From an uncultured Gammaproteobacteria bacterium (GTDB lineage Bacteria > Patescibacteriota > Microgenomatia > UBA12405 > JAHJSD01), in the NCBI GenBank assembly GCA_964428655.1, contig CAYRYE010000001.1, forward strand, positions 73,328 to 137,327: 64,000 nt of DNA, in the 5' to 3' direction. The position numbers were made by a program, and so were the translations under genes. The notes under the pieces are model-generated. The model had not been told where the DNA came from and ran no database searches. It saw only the letters and a list, made by a program, of their open reading frames with translations. Shown in pieces: positions 17,086 to 27,097 of this stretch; positions within the stretch are counted from its first letter, which is position 1, and every line of letters begins with the position of its first letter.

Positions 17086-18867
17086 ATGGATCAAGTTGAA
17101 GAGATTAAGACAAGGATAGACATTGTTGCTTTGATTTCTGAATATTTGCCTTTAAAAAAAGCTGGCCGAAATTTTAATACCCTATGTCCCTTTCATAGTG
17201 AGAAAACGCCTTCTTTCATCATTTCTCCAGAGCTGCAGATTTTTAAATGTTTTGGTTGTGGCGAATCAGGCGATGCTATTAAATTCTTACAGCTTTATGA
17301 AAAAATGGATTTTTGGGAAGCGCTTGAATTTTTAGCTCGGAGAACAGGGATAAAATTGATCCGCCGCCGACTTTCAGGGGACGAAAAGTTTAAAAAACGA
17401 CTCTATGAAATTAATCATTTAGCCACGGAGTTTTATCACTTTCTTTTAGTTGAGCATGAAATTGGCAAGAAAGCCTTAGATTATGTTCTGAAAAGAGGTT
17501 TTAAAAAAGAAACGATCGAAAAGTTTCAGCTAGGTTTTTCACCGGCCAAACCGGACGCAGTGACTGATTTTTTAACAAAGAAAGGCTATTCCACTCCCGA
17601 GATTTCCCAAGCGGGTTTGATTTTTCCAGCCAGGAATGGGGGTTATTGGGATAGGTTTCGCCAACGGTTGATATTTCCTCTTCACGACCATCGAGGTAAT
17701 ATTATTGGTTTTTCCGGTCGAGTGATTCCCGGAATTTCCCCTTCTAAAATAGCAAAATATATTAATACTCCGGAAACCAAACTCTATCATAAAGGAAGAA
17801 GCCTTTATGGGTTTTGGTTAAATAGAGATCAGATTCGTGAAAAAAAAGAAATAGTAGTGGTCGAAGGAGAAACTGATGTAATTTCTTCCTACCAGGCTGG
17901 GGTAAAAAATGTGGTGGCTATCAAGGGAACTGCTTTTACCAATGATCAAGCAAAATTAATCCGTCGTTTTGCTGAGACAGCAATCTTAGCCTTGGATGCG
18001 GATGCGGCTGGCGGCGAGGCAATTAAGAGAAGCGCCCAAGTTGCTGAAACAGTTGGCTTGGATGTTAAGATTGGTGTTTTGCCAAAAGGGTTTCACGATT
18101 TAGACGAGTTAGCCCAAAGGGCCCCTAAGACTTTAAAAAAACTAATTGCGAAGCCAGTAGCGGTTTGGGATTTTGTTGTTGATCTTGCTTTTGTTAAAAA
18201 AGATTTAAGAGATCCTGGAGCTAAAAAGAGAGTTCTTATTGAAGCACTGCCGTTTTTAGTTGAGATTGAAAATGAAGTAGTCAAGAATCATTATTTCCAA
18301 AAGCTGGCTCGAAGATTGGGAGTTGATCTTGAGGCGATTCTAATTGAGGTAGAAAAGATTAAAAGCAAAAGCGATTCAACTAGAGGGCAAGAATATCTGG
18401 ATATTACCAAAACTTCACAAACAAGGAGGTATTTATTAGAGAGGTATTTGTTGACACTCATCTTTTCTCAACAGAAATGGAAATGGTTTAAAGACAAATC
18501 ATGGTTTGACCTGATTGCTAATCCTTTATTTAAGCGGATTATTAGTTTGGCTCATAAATCTCTTGGTAAAAAAAGAAAATTAGCTGTTAGGGACTTTTTT
18601 ACTGGTCTCCCTGGGGAGTTAAGGGCTGGTTTTGAAAGAATTTATCTCGATTCTCAGCAAGAGAGAAAAGAGGAAGAGGATATTGATAAGGTTATCCTTT
18701 CCTTGAAAGAAGAGAATTTGCGTCAAAGATTATCAGAGCTTGCTTTAGAAATCTCTTGTTCCGAGAAGGAAGGTAAACCTAAAAGGCTTAATAAACTAGA
18801 AAGGGAATTTGTCAACATTGGCCGCCAGATAGTGAATTTGCAGAAAAATGCAAAAGTGGTGATATAA
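17086..18867 (+). CDS. dnaG: DNA primase DnaG
   Basis: CHC2 zinc finger CPFHSEKTPSF...CFGCGESGD and the Toprim motif VVVEGETDVIS...ALDADAAG. Confidence 0.9.
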   Translation: MDQVEEIKTRIDIVALISEYLPLKKAGRNFNTLCPFHSEKTPSFIISPELQIFKCFGCGESGDAIKFLQLYEKMDFWEALEFLARRTGIKLIRRRLSGDEKFKKRLYEINHLATEFYHFLLVEHEIGKKALDYVLKRGFKKETIEKFQLGFSPAKPDAVTDFLTKKGYSTPEISQAGLIFPARNGGYWDRFRQRLIFPLHDHRGNIIGFSGRVIPGISPSKIAKYINTPETKLYHKGRSLYGFWLNRDQIREKKEIVVVEGETDVISSYQAGVKNVVAIKGTAFTNDQAKLIRRFAETAILALDADAAGGEAIKRSAQVAETVGLDVKIGVLPKGFHDLDELAQRAPKTLKKLIAKPVAVWDFVVDLAFVKKDLRDPGAKKRVLIEALPFLVEIENEVVKNHYFQKLARRLGVDLEAILIEVEKIKSKSDSTRGQEYLDITKTSQTRRYLLERYLLTLIFSQQKWKWFKDKSWFDLIANPLFKRIISLAHKSLGKKRKLAVRDFFTGLPGELRAGFERIYLDSQQERKEEEDIDKVILSLKEENLRQRLSELALEISCSEKEGKPKRLNKLEREFVNIGRQIVNLQKNAKVVI

Positions 18868-18876
18868 TTAGTCACT

Positions 18877-19965
18877 ATGCCAGCTAAGATTGATTTCAAA
18901 AGTATTGTTCGTAAACTGGTTGCTCGGGGAAGGAGAAAAGGCTATTTAACTCAGGATGAAATTCTTAGTTTAATTCCTAGGCCTGAGCTTTATATTAACG
19001 AATTAGATAGTATTTATGACAACATTTTTACCAAAGGCATTGATGTTTTTGATGGTATTAGCGCGAGCGAAGTTCGCGAAGTTGAGGCAAGCAGCAGAAA
19101 GTCAACCATCTCCGCCTTAGCTTTTTTATCAGGGACAAAATCAGCAGACCCAGTGAGAATGTATCTTCGAGAGATTGGTAAGGTTTCTCTTTTGGTTGCT
19201 GAGGATGAAGTAAGGTTAGCGCAGCAGATAGAAAAAGGTTCTGACAGAGCGAGGAAGGAATTGACTCAAGCTAATTTGAGGCTAGTTGTTTCTATTGCCA
19301 AGAAATACATTGGTCGTGGTTTGTCCTTTTTAGATTTAATTCAGGAAGGCAACCAAGGGTTAATGAGAGCGGTAGAAAAATTTGATTGGCGAAGAGGCTT
19401 TAAATTCTCTACCTATGCCACCTGGTGGATCAGACAAGCGATCACTCGAGCTATTGCCGATCAGGCTAGGACAATTCGAATCCCGGTTCATATGGTGGAA
19501 ACAATTAACCGGGTGTATAAAGCCTCCAGAAGGTTAACTCAAGAACTTGGCAGAGAACCTGAAATTGAGGAAATTGCCAAGAGGGCTGAATTACCAATTG
19601 AAAAAATCAGAGATATTTATCGAATTTCTCAAAACACTACTTCTTTGGCAACACCAGTTGGGGATGATGAGGACTCGTTTTTAGGTGATTTTATTGAGGA
19701 TGTTACCCAGCCTTCTCCATACGAGGAAACTTCAAAAGAGTTACTCAAGGAGTCAATTGAGGATGTTTTGAATAGTCTTGATTCTCGAGAGGCAGAGGTT
19801 TTAATTTTACGATTTGGTCTTAGAAACGAGTCGCCAAAAACACTTGAAGAAGTGGGAAGAGTTTTTGGTGTTACTAGAGAAAGGATTCGCCAGATTGAGG
19901 CAAAGGCGATTCGTAAACTTCGTCATCCCTCAAGGCGTAAGGGTCTCAGAGATTTTTTGGATTGA
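18877..19965 (+). CDS. rpoD: RNA polymerase primary sigma factor (sigma-70 family)
   Basis: Region 2 [18 protein letters not shown]...[17 protein letters not shown] and region 4 [19 protein letters not shown]. Classic dnaG-rpoD synteny. Confidence 0.9.
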   Translation: MPAKIDFKSIVRKLVARGRRKGYLTQDEILSLIPRPELYINELDSIYDNIFTKGIDVFDGISASEVREVEASSRKSTISALAFLSGTKSADPVRMYLREIGKVSLLVAEDEVRLAQQIEKGSDRARKELTQANLRLVVSIAKKYIGRGLSFLDLIQEGNQGLMRAVEKFDWRRGFKFSTYATWWIRQAITRAIADQARTIRIPVHMVETINRVYKASRRLTQELGREPEIEEIAKRAELPIEKIRDIYRISQNTTSLATPVGDDEDSFLGDFIEDVTQPSPYEETSKELLKESIEDVLNSLDSREAEVLILRFGLRNESPKTLEEVGRVFGVTRERIRQIEAKAIRKLRHPSRRKGLRDFLD

Positions 19966-19975
19966 TCATAAAAAA

Positions 19976-20554
19976 ATGATAATAAGAAGTTTTATCGCCG
20001 TACCCTTGCCGGTTAAGACCAGAAATTTTTTAGCTAAGATTCAGGAACAGCTAAAACAGAAAGTATCCAAAAAAAGATTTAAGTGGGTGGAAAAGAAGAA
20101 TTTCCATCAGACATTGATCTTTCTTGGAAATGTTGATGAGAAGAGAATTCCCGAAATTAAGAATTTTATGAAGCAGTTGAGTAAAAATCGCCCCTTAGAG
20201 CTATCATTAGCACGGGTGAGTTTTTTCCCCGATCAGCGAAGGATAAAAATTGCCTGGGTTAGTTTGAGTGGTCAGACAGCCAGGCTTTCTCGGTTATGTC
20301 ATAAATTAAGAATGTCTCTTCAATTGGCGGGTTTCAGTTTTGACACTCGATTTTCACCTCATATTACTTTAGGCAGAACGCGTTCATTAAGTGCGAAATT
20401 GATTTTCTCTAAAAAATGTTTATCTGGAATTTATGATTTTCTTCATGAGAATGACACTTCTTTTATAGCCAACAAGGTGGTTTTTTATAAGAGTGAATTA
20501 ACACCCAGAGGTCCAGTCTATACTCCGATTTTTCAGGTGAAATTGACAAGTTAA
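19976..20554 (+). CDS. thpR: RNA 2',3'-cyclic phosphodiesterase / 2'-5' RNA ligase (ThpR/LigT, 2H family)
   Basis: Two H-x-T motifs (FHQTLIFLG and PHITLGR). The tracked ORF is extended upstream by read-through into the rpoD 3' end. The in-frame ATG at 19976 (MIIRSF...) is the likely start. Confidence 0.7.
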   Translation: MIIRSFIAVPLPVKTRNFLAKIQEQLKQKVSKKRFKWVEKKNFHQTLIFLGNVDEKRIPEIKNFMKQLSKNRPLELSLARVSFFPDQRRIKIAWVSLSGQTARLSRLCHKLRMSLQLAGFSFDTRFSPHITLGRTRSLSAKLIFSKKCLSGIYDFLHENDTSFIANKVVFYKSELTPRGPVYTPIFQVKLTS

Positions 20555-20584
20555 AACAATGTGATAGAATATATCCAAAAGCGC

Positions 20585-20864
20585 TGAGTTGGGAGAATGG
20601 GCCCAGCAAGTAAGGATTTTTCTTACGCGCTGCTTGGTGAATCGGTCCCGATAAGTGAATAGTATCGGGGAAAGTAGTCAAGCCGGCAGGAATCCGTGAT
20701 CATATTTCAGACCGATGTCAGTCCTGATGTTAGATCGGGAAATTAACGGAGTCGGTTACAGAGTCTGATACTGCAAAGTATTAGGAGAAGCAAGGTGGTA
20801 CCGTCTTCAAAAAAAGAAGGCCCTTGTCAGTCCCGATAAAATCGGGATTAGCAAGGGCTTTTTT
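20585..20864 (+). promoter_or_regulatory. candidate T-box riboswitch leader (Trp-specific)
   Basis: UUAGG...GGUGGUACCG (20794-20803) resembles the T-box/antiterminator core, with a UGGU bulge matching the A discriminator of the adjacent tRNA-Trp. The upstream stem holds an AAUGGG loop, a possible UGG specifier. It ends in an intrinsic terminator. Downstream lie tRNA-Trp and trpS. Confidence 0.45.
20820..20864 (+). terminator. intrinsic terminator (imperfect long hairpin + T6)
   Basis: GCCCTTG...TCCCGAT-AAAA-ATCGGGA...CAAGGGC followed by TTTTTT. The sequence CAAGG also occurs just upstream, giving an alternative antiterminator pairing. Confidence 0.7.
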
Positions 20865-20868
20865 ATTT

Positions 20869-20939
20869 GGGAACGTAGCTCAAGGGTAGAGTGCTCGTCT
20901 CCAAAACGAGTGGTGAGGGTTCAAGTCCCTCCGTTCCTA
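20869..20939 (+). tRNA. tRNA-Trp (anticodon CCA)
   Basis: Acceptor GGGAACG/CGTTCCT, anticodon stem CTCGT/ACGAG with loop CTCCAAA, T-arm GAGGG-TTCAAGT-CCCTC, discriminator A. No encoded CCA. Confidence 0.85.
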
Positions 20940-21033
20940 CTTATGAGAGAAAGATATATTTCATTACCAGAGCTAGTTACCGGTTCAAACAAAAATCCGG
21001 TTAGAGATACTCCAAGAAGGGAGGAGGTTTGGC

Positions 21034-22428
21034 ATGGCTTTATTGGTTTTCGGTCAAGCAATTGAAGCATCTAGAGTAACAGATAGTGATTTAATGAGAA
21101 CTATGCTTGCTCAGGTTGCTAAGCGGACAGATGAAAGAAGAATTCTGCAAGATTTTCTATTAACGGAGTCTACTAGAGGCACTAAGAGATTTTCTGAGAT
21201 TGAAACTGATTCTAGAGCTGTTGCTTTGCAAAGGGGAGACAATAGTTTTTCCTTTGATAAAGACCCTGTCTTTGATTTTTATATTGCCGAGATGAAACGG
21301 CAAAAAACAACAACTGGACTCTCTCTTTATCATGATTTGGTTTGTCAATTAATGCCGGCTGGGAACAAAAAACAGCGAAATCTTTTTCGCAAATTTTGTT
21401 TGGACAAAATTGAGCCTACTGATTTGCCAAGCACTTTTCCCAGCCAATTTAGAGCAGCTGAAATTTTAATTGCCGGTAAACTTCGAAGTGAAATTGGCAT
21501 TAGAGAGTACCGCGAACATGAATTGAGAAAAGAGGTTTTAAAGCAATTAAGGCAGGTTGCTCGAGATATGTTTTTTGCGATTAACAATGGTTTGCAAAGA
21601 GAACAAGCCCTTAACTTTATTTCTTTGATGTATGAATTAAGGAAAACACAAACAGCTTTACCAACAAATGAAGCAATGCTTAAAAAGAACATAATTAAGT
21701 GTTTACAACAGGATTCTCGATTGGATTTAATTCATATTAAATGTTTAAGGTATACTTATCCGCATGGTAGTCAAGTGGTTATTCTTGACCATTTTGAAGA
21801 TATTGAGGTGCCGGATAAGTTTGGCGGCAGTTATAAACCTCGAAGCGAAAAAAATATCTTTTCTCGTTTGCAAAAGCTTGTTTCTCTGTTCGAGAGATAT
21901 GGAGTATCAACAAACTTGTTAATATTAATAGCAGATCAGGATCTATATGATTATTTCCCTGATGGCGGCGGAGTTTTTTCAGGCAATGAAATAGAAGAGA
22001 TGTATAGAGCTATGGCCAGATACAGAAACGCGATTGTTGAAAAAGTAGGACCCAGTCATGTTGATTATTTACGTAGTTATCTGGAAAAAATTGATAGATT
22101 AGTACAATTTGATAAAACGAGATCAAAGGTAATTTTGGAGCTAGAATCTGGAGAAGGCAGGTTACCTGAAAGGTTTGTTGAAGAGAAAGTTGATTATCGC
22201 CATCGGTCCAACGCCGATATTTTAATAAAGAATTTAAAAAGGCGAGACATTAGAAAAAGGGTTTACGCTCAACTGGCGAGTATGCAGGCATTGAGGATAC
22301 TGGGGAATGAAAATGACCCTATCATAGTAATTGAGGATGATCGCGGAAATGATAACCAGTTTATTGGCGGCCATCGCAATTCCGCTTTGCCAGTTTATTT
22401 CACGAAATTACGAGACAAATTTGATTAG
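21034..22428 (+). CDS. large hypothetical protein (464 aa), no recognisable domain
   Basis: Long clean ORF with a good RBS (GGAGGAGG) 8 nt upstream. Located between tRNA-Trp and trpS. Confidence 0.6.
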   Translation: MALLVFGQAIEASRVTDSDLMRTMLAQVAKRTDERRILQDFLLTESTRGTKRFSEIETDSRAVALQRGDNSFSFDKDPVFDFYIAEMKRQKTTTGLSLYHDLVCQLMPAGNKKQRNLFRKFCLDKIEPTDLPSTFPSQFRAAEILIAGKLRSEIGIREYREHELRKEVLKQLRQVARDMFFAINNGLQREQALNFISLMYELRKTQTALPTNEAMLKKNIIKCLQQDSRLDLIHIKCLRYTYPHGSQVVILDHFEDIEVPDKFGGSYKPRSEKNIFSRLQKLVSLFERYGVSTNLLILIADQDLYDYFPDGGGVFSGNEIEEMYRAMARYRNAIVEKVGPSHVDYLRSYLEKIDRLVQFDKTRSKVILELESGEGRLPERFVEEKVDYRHRSNADILIKNLKRRDIRKRVYAQLASMQALRILGNENDPIIVIEDDRGNDNQFIGGHRNSALPVYFTKLRDKFD

Positions 22429-22495
22429 ATTTATATAAGTATTTAATTTTTAAACAGAGAAAAATGATGTTAAAATTTATTGCCGAGATGTAATT

Positions 22496-23518
22496 ATGAA
22501 TAAAGAAAGAATTTTTTCCGGAATTAAGCCGAGTGGTAGTTTGCAGGTTGATAGTAAAAACAAAACAATTGGCACTTTACATCTAGGTAATTACATCGGG
22601 GCAATTAAACAGTGGATAACTTTACAAAATGCTTATGATTGTGTTTATTGTGTTGTTGATCTTCATGCAATTACTGTTCCTCAGGATCCAAAAACCCTGA
22701 AAGAACGGATAAAACAAATTGCCGCTCTATTTATTGCTTCTGGAGTTGATCCCAAAAAGGCGGCCTTGTTAGTTCAGTCTCATAATCCTGATCACTGTGT
22801 TCTTGCTTGGATTTTAGATTGCGTTGCTTCGGTGGGTCAATTATCAAGGATGACCCAATACAAGTCAAAATCAAAAGAATTAAAGGGAAAAACTAGCGTT
22901 GGCCTTTTTAATTATCCAGTTTTGATGGCTGCAGACATTCTTTTATACCAAACTGACCTTGTTCCTGTTGGTGAAGACCAGGTCCAGCATGTTGAATTAA
23001 CCCGGGATCTAGCCCAAAAGTTTAATTCCCGGTTTGGCAAAGTCTTTAAATTGCCCAAAGTTAAAACTTTAAAAGTTGGGGCAAGGATTATGTCGTTGCA
23101 GAATCCAATGAGCAAAATGGATAAGTCTGACGAAGATCCTAATGGTACTGTTGATCTTTTAGATTCTGTCGATGAGATAAGAAGAAAGATTAAAATTGCT
23201 GTGACTGATTCGGGTAGAGAAGTACTTTTTCAAGAAGACAAGCTGGCGATTGCCAATTTGCTAACTATTTATTCTCACTGTTCTGGTTTATCAATTAAAG
23301 AAATTGAAAAAAAATATGCTAGCAAGGGATATAAAGAATTTAAAGAAGATTTGGCTGAAGTGGTAGTTGAAGCCTTAAGGCCGATTCAAAAAAAATATCA
23401 TCGGATTCGCAAGGATGAGAAGTATTTGAATCAAATTTTGGCAGAAGGGTTGCGAAAAGCAAAATCTATTTCTGAGAAAACTTTAAAGCAAGTTTATCAA
23501 GCAGTGGGATTGGGTTAA
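22496..23518 (+). CDS. trpS: tryptophan--tRNA ligase
   Basis: Class I HIGH-type motif TLHLGNYIG, the KMSKS-type motif MSKMDKS, and overall TrpRS length (340 aa). Confidence 0.85.
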   Translation: MNKERIFSGIKPSGSLQVDSKNKTIGTLHLGNYIGAIKQWITLQNAYDCVYCVVDLHAITVPQDPKTLKERIKQIAALFIASGVDPKKAALLVQSHNPDHCVLAWILDCVASVGQLSRMTQYKSKSKELKGKTSVGLFNYPVLMAADILLYQTDLVPVGEDQVQHVELTRDLAQKFNSRFGKVFKLPKVKTLKVGARIMSLQNPMSKMDKSDEDPNGTVDLLDSVDEIRRKIKIAVTDSGREVLFQEDKLAIANLLTIYSHCSGLSIKEIEKKYASKGYKEFKEDLAEVVVEALRPIQKKYHRIRKDEKYLNQILAEGLRKAKSISEKTLKQVYQAVGLG

Positions 23519-23742
23519 TTTGACTTGTTGCCTTCGGACTGTAATTTTTGTTTTAATTCAGAAACTTTAATTTTGGTGGAAGTAATTAAACTTTCTAAAA
23601 CTCTCATTTGATTGTCAAAATGCTCATCATGCCACCAGCGGCCGGGGGATTGTTGACGGAGTTCATCATAACGTTTTTGATGTTTTTTTAGTTTTTTCCG
23701 CCAAAATTTAAGCTTTTCTTTTAACGAAATTGGGATTTTCAT
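23515..23742 (-). CDS. small hypothetical coiled-coil protein (75 aa)
   Basis: Fills the trpS-tpiA gap on the opposite strand. Charged, helical composition. Low confidence. Confidence 0.3.
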   Translation of the reverse strand: MKIPISLKEKLKFWRKKLKKHQKRYDELRQQSPGRWWHDEHFDNQMRVLESLITSTKIKVSELKQKLQSEGNKSN

Positions 23743-23780
23743 GAGAGAATTTTATCTAAAAGTTATGCTATTATCAAATT

Positions 23781-24497
23781 ATGATTTGGGTGAATTTTAA
23801 GATTTACAAACAGAGTTTTGGCAGCGGCGCTTTGGATTTGGCGAAAATTTGTCGTGAAGTTTCTGAAAAAACTAAAGTCAAAATAATTCCTGTTGTTTCT
23901 GCTTTAGATCTACGTGAGGTTAAAGAAAAAATTGGTGGTGAAGTTTGGCTTCAACACTTGGATTTGTTTTTTGAGGGCAAGCATACTGGTTGGGTTTCAC
24001 CACTGGCCGCGCTTTGCGCGGGCGCTGATGGGGCTCTTCTAAATCATTCTGAACATGAAATTCCTCCCGGTAAAATTCGCCAAATCTTGGCTTATTTGAA
24101 AAAAGATAAATGGCAGAAACACTGGCAGAAAGAATTAAAAAATGATAAATTGCAAATTTTAAATGATAAATTTAGGCTGATGCTTTGTTTTAAAACCAAA
24201 GGTCAAATTCAATGGTTAAAGAAATTAAAGCCAAAGCCGGATTTTGTTGCTTACGAGTCGCCGGAATTAATTGGCGGTGAGATTTCTGTGGCTGAAGCAA
24301 AACCTGAAGTGGTTCGCCGAGCAGTAGAGTTATTACCTAATTATCAAGTTATTGTTGGAGCCGGAGTTAAGGATGGCCATGATGTAAAAAAGTCTTTGGA
24401 GCTTGGGGCAAAAGGCATTCTGGTTAGTTCGGACATAGTTAAAGCTAAAGAGCCTAAAAAAGAATTGATAGAATTGGCAGAAGCATTTAAAAAATAA
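23781..24497 (+). CDS. tpiA: triose-phosphate isomerase, archaeal-type
   Basis: NFKIYKQS N-terminus, LNHSEHE catalytic region, GAGVK...ILVSSDI C-terminal barrel motifs. Length (238 aa) and motifs resemble archaeal TIM rather than bacterial TIM. Directly upstream of pgk. Confidence 0.65.
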   Translation: MIWVNFKIYKQSFGSGALDLAKICREVSEKTKVKIIPVVSALDLREVKEKIGGEVWLQHLDLFFEGKHTGWVSPLAALCAGADGALLNHSEHEIPPGKIRQILAYLKKDKWQKHWQKELKNDKLQILNDKFRLMLCFKTKGQIQWLKKLKPKPDFVAYESPELIGGEISVAEAKPEVVRRAVELLPNYQVIVGAGVKDGHDVKKSLELGAKGILVSSDIVKAKEPKKELIELAEAFKK

Positions 24498-24507
24498 ACA
24501 ATTCTTA

Positions 24508-25599
24508 TTGACCTTTATCGTGAACGAAGCGAACACTTATCTATATTTATCTAATTCTAAGTTTGATTTTAAGAGCAAAATTGTCCTTCTCCGTATTGAC
24601 TGTGATGTTGATCTACGCAGTGAGGATGGTAAATTAATTGCTGATGAAGATTTTCGCTTAAAATCTGTTGTTCCGACAATTAACTTTTTGCAAGATAAAG
24701 GAGCAAAAAGAATTATTCTTTTAGGTCATCTTGGCCGCCCCGGAGGGAAGGTAGTTTCAGAACTTAGTTTACAACCCGTTGCCGATTGGTTTACTAAAAA
24801 CGTTTCTTTTTGCAAATTGATAGGGCTCTCTCGGAGTGGCCGAATGCCCGCCTGCCGGATGGGCAGGGACTCTCCAGGAGTGACCGAAGGGACAAGTGAG
24901 CTTTTCCTCCTTGAAAACCTCCGTTTTAATCCCGGTGAAAAACTCAACGATCAAAAATTTGCCAAAAACCTGACTCAACTCGGCGATGTTTATGTTAATG
25001 ACGCTTTCGGCGCTTCTCACAGAAATAATGTTTCCATAGTGAGCTTGCCGGATCTATTGCCTTCATTTCTTGGTTTGCGCTTTGAGGCGGAAATAAAAAC
25101 TCTTTCTTGGATTAAGAAGAAAGCCAAAAGGCCATTAGTTTTTATTTTGGGTGGAAGTAAAAAAGGAAAGCTTGATAATATTTCATTTTTGGCCAATTGG
25201 GCTGATTATTTATTGATTGGAGGAAAATTGCCTCTGTTGATTAAAAACAAAATGACCAGTTCTAAAGTTAAAATTGCTCAGTTAGAAAAAAGCGGGAAAG
25301 ATCTGGACGGGGAAAGTGTTAAGAAATTTAAAGAGATCATTAAGGGGGCGAAAAGCATTGTTTGGGTAGGACCTTTAGGTGTTTATGAAGAGGAAAAATA
25401 CAAAACTGGCACTTGGGAAGTTGTTAAGGCAATTGCCAATACTAAAGTTTTCAAAATTGCTGCTGGTGGTGATACTCACCGCGTTTTATCTTGGCTGAAT
25501 TCTTGGCAAAAATTTGATTTTGTCAGTGTTGGCGGCGGTGCCATGCTTCAATTTTTAAAAGATGAAACTCTACCCGGAATTGAAGCAGTAAAAAAGTGA
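24508..25599 (+). CDS. pgk: phosphoglycerate kinase
   Basis: KSKIVLLRIDCDVDL (compare KGKRVLVRVDFNVP), LLENLRFNPGE, VNDAFGASHR and a C-terminal GGGA motif. The true start may be slightly downstream of 24508. Confidence 0.85.
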   Translation: MTFIVNEANTYLYLSNSKFDFKSKIVLLRIDCDVDLRSEDGKLIADEDFRLKSVVPTINFLQDKGAKRIILLGHLGRPGGKVVSELSLQPVADWFTKNVSFCKLIGLSRSGRMPACRMGRDSPGVTEGTSELFLLENLRFNPGEKLNDQKFAKNLTQLGDVYVNDAFGASHRNNVSIVSLPDLLPSFLGLRFEAEIKTLSWIKKKAKRPLVFILGGSKKGKLDNISFLANWADYLLIGGKLPLLIKNKMTSSKVKIAQLEKSGKDLDGESVKKFKEIIKGAKSIVWVGPLGVYEEEKYKTGTWEVVKAIANTKVFKIAAGGDTHRVLSWLNSWQKFDFVSVGGGAMLQFLKDETLPGIEAVKK

Positions 25600-25608
25600 T
25601 TTGCTAAA

Positions 25609-27033
25609 ATGGAAAAGATGGCTAAAAAAACTAAAACTCGCTTATTGCCAAAAATACCAAGGATTTTAACCATGCTTGGTCCGGCTTTTGTTTGGGCGGC
25701 GATTGCCCAGGGCAGTGGCGAGCTAATCTGGTGGCCTTATTTTGCCGCCAAATACGGAACTGCCTTTTTAGGACTTTTACTGCCTGCCTCTTTAATTCAA
25801 TTTTTTGTTAATCGAGAAGTCAGTCGCTACACTGCCTTAACCGGACAGGGAATTTGGCATGGATTTTTGAGTTTGGGTAAATATTTTGCCTTGCCTTTAT
25901 TTTCCCTTTGTTTTCTGAGTTTTCTTTGGCTTGGTGGTTATGCCTCAGCTGGCGGTACTGCCTTATTTGAATTAACCCATTTTCCTTCAGGGGTTTCAGC
26001 GAGAATAGGTACTCTTTTTTGGGCTTATCTTTTAATTGCTGCCTTCTCTCTAGTTTTTATTTTTTCTAAAGTGGTTTACCAGACAATTGAAAAATTCATG
26101 AAATTAGTTTCAGTGGTAACCGTTTTGGGTCTTTTGTTTTCTGTCACTAATCCGGTAGTAGTTAAAGTAATTCCCGAATTTCTTGAGTCATTTTTAAATC
26201 CTTTAACCATTCGTTGGCCTGAGAATTGGGATTTTGCTGACAGTTCTCATTTAACTACAGCCATTGCTTTTGCAGGTATGGGTGGATTTTTAAACCTGCT
26301 TTACTCTTACTGGATGAAGGATAAGGGCGTTGGGATGGCAAAATATACGCCTAAAATTAGCGGTTTGTTGGTGAAGAGTAATTCTTCAGATGAAACTAGT
26401 AAAACCCTAAGATTTAGTGATTCTTCCATTAATGAAAAAAGATGGAAAAAATGGATGGGATATCTTAACTTTGATGCTTTTTTAGCGGTTTTGATTAATG
26501 CTTTTACAGCCGCAATGACTACTCTTTTAGCTTTAGCCATTCTGCGTCCTCAAGGCAAATATCCTACTGGTTGGAAAATTGCTGTGGTTCAGGCAGAGTT
26601 TTTTCGAACCAGTTTTGGCAAAATTGGAGTTCTGGTTTTTTTAGCTATTGCCGCTTTCTTTATGATTGATACTTGGTTGGGCTTGGTTGACGGAGTGGCT
26701 CGCCAATTTGCTGATTTCTTTTATCAAGTTAAGAAGAAAAAAACTTTTCGTTTTTGGTATTACCTTTGGCTTGGCTTTTTGGTTTTGGCCTCGTTGATTA
26801 CCATTGCTTTGGCTCAGCCGGGAATTTTGATTACTATTATTGGCGTTATTTCTATTTTTGCTTTTGTCTTTTATATTCCTGCCTTGTGGTACTTAAATCA
26901 TGTTAAACTCCCCAAAGAATATCCGGCCTTCACTAAACCCAAGAAATGGGAAACTTTCACGCTGGGTTTCACTTGGCTTTTTTATCTTGTAACAGCTGTA
27001 GGCTATCTTCTAGTATCTTCCAATATCTTCTAA
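25609..27033 (+). CDS. NRAMP-related membrane transporter family protein
   Basis: About 11 TM segments. The N-terminal LGPAFVWAAIAQGSGELIW aligns with the Nramp GPGFL...DPGN region, but the DPGN motif is replaced. Assignment is tentative. Confidence 0.45.
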   Translation: MEKMAKKTKTRLLPKIPRILTMLGPAFVWAAIAQGSGELIWWPYFAAKYGTAFLGLLLPASLIQFFVNREVSRYTALTGQGIWHGFLSLGKYFALPLFSLCFLSFLWLGGYASAGGTALFELTHFPSGVSARIGTLFWAYLLIAAFSLVFIFSKVVYQTIEKFMKLVSVVTVLGLLFSVTNPVVVKVIPEFLESFLNPLTIRWPENWDFADSSHLTTAIAFAGMGGFLNLLYSYWMKDKGVGMAKYTPKISGLLVKSNSSDETSKTLRFSDSSINEKRWKKWMGYLNFDAFLAVLINAFTAAMTTLLALAILRPQGKYPTGWKIAVVQAEFFRTSFGKIGVLVFLAIAAFFMIDTWLGLVDGVARQFADFFYQVKKKKTFRFWYYLWLGFLVLASLITIALAQPGILITIIGVISIFAFVFYIPALWYLNHVKLPKEYPAFTKPKKWETFTLGFTWLFYLVTAVGYLLVSSNIF

Positions 27034-27097
27034 TTTTGTTGTGCCAACCAGAGGCGTTCGCTACACGCCTGTGTTATAATTCTTACGTACTTTAAAA

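Noticed and set aside
24790-24900. GC-rich patch with internal inverted repeats inside pgk (a possible inserted MITE or element)
   Set aside because: The PGK reading frame is continuous. The segment has normal length relative to E. coli PGK in this region, so it is just a locally GC-rich coding stretch. The overlapping minus ORFs are shadows.
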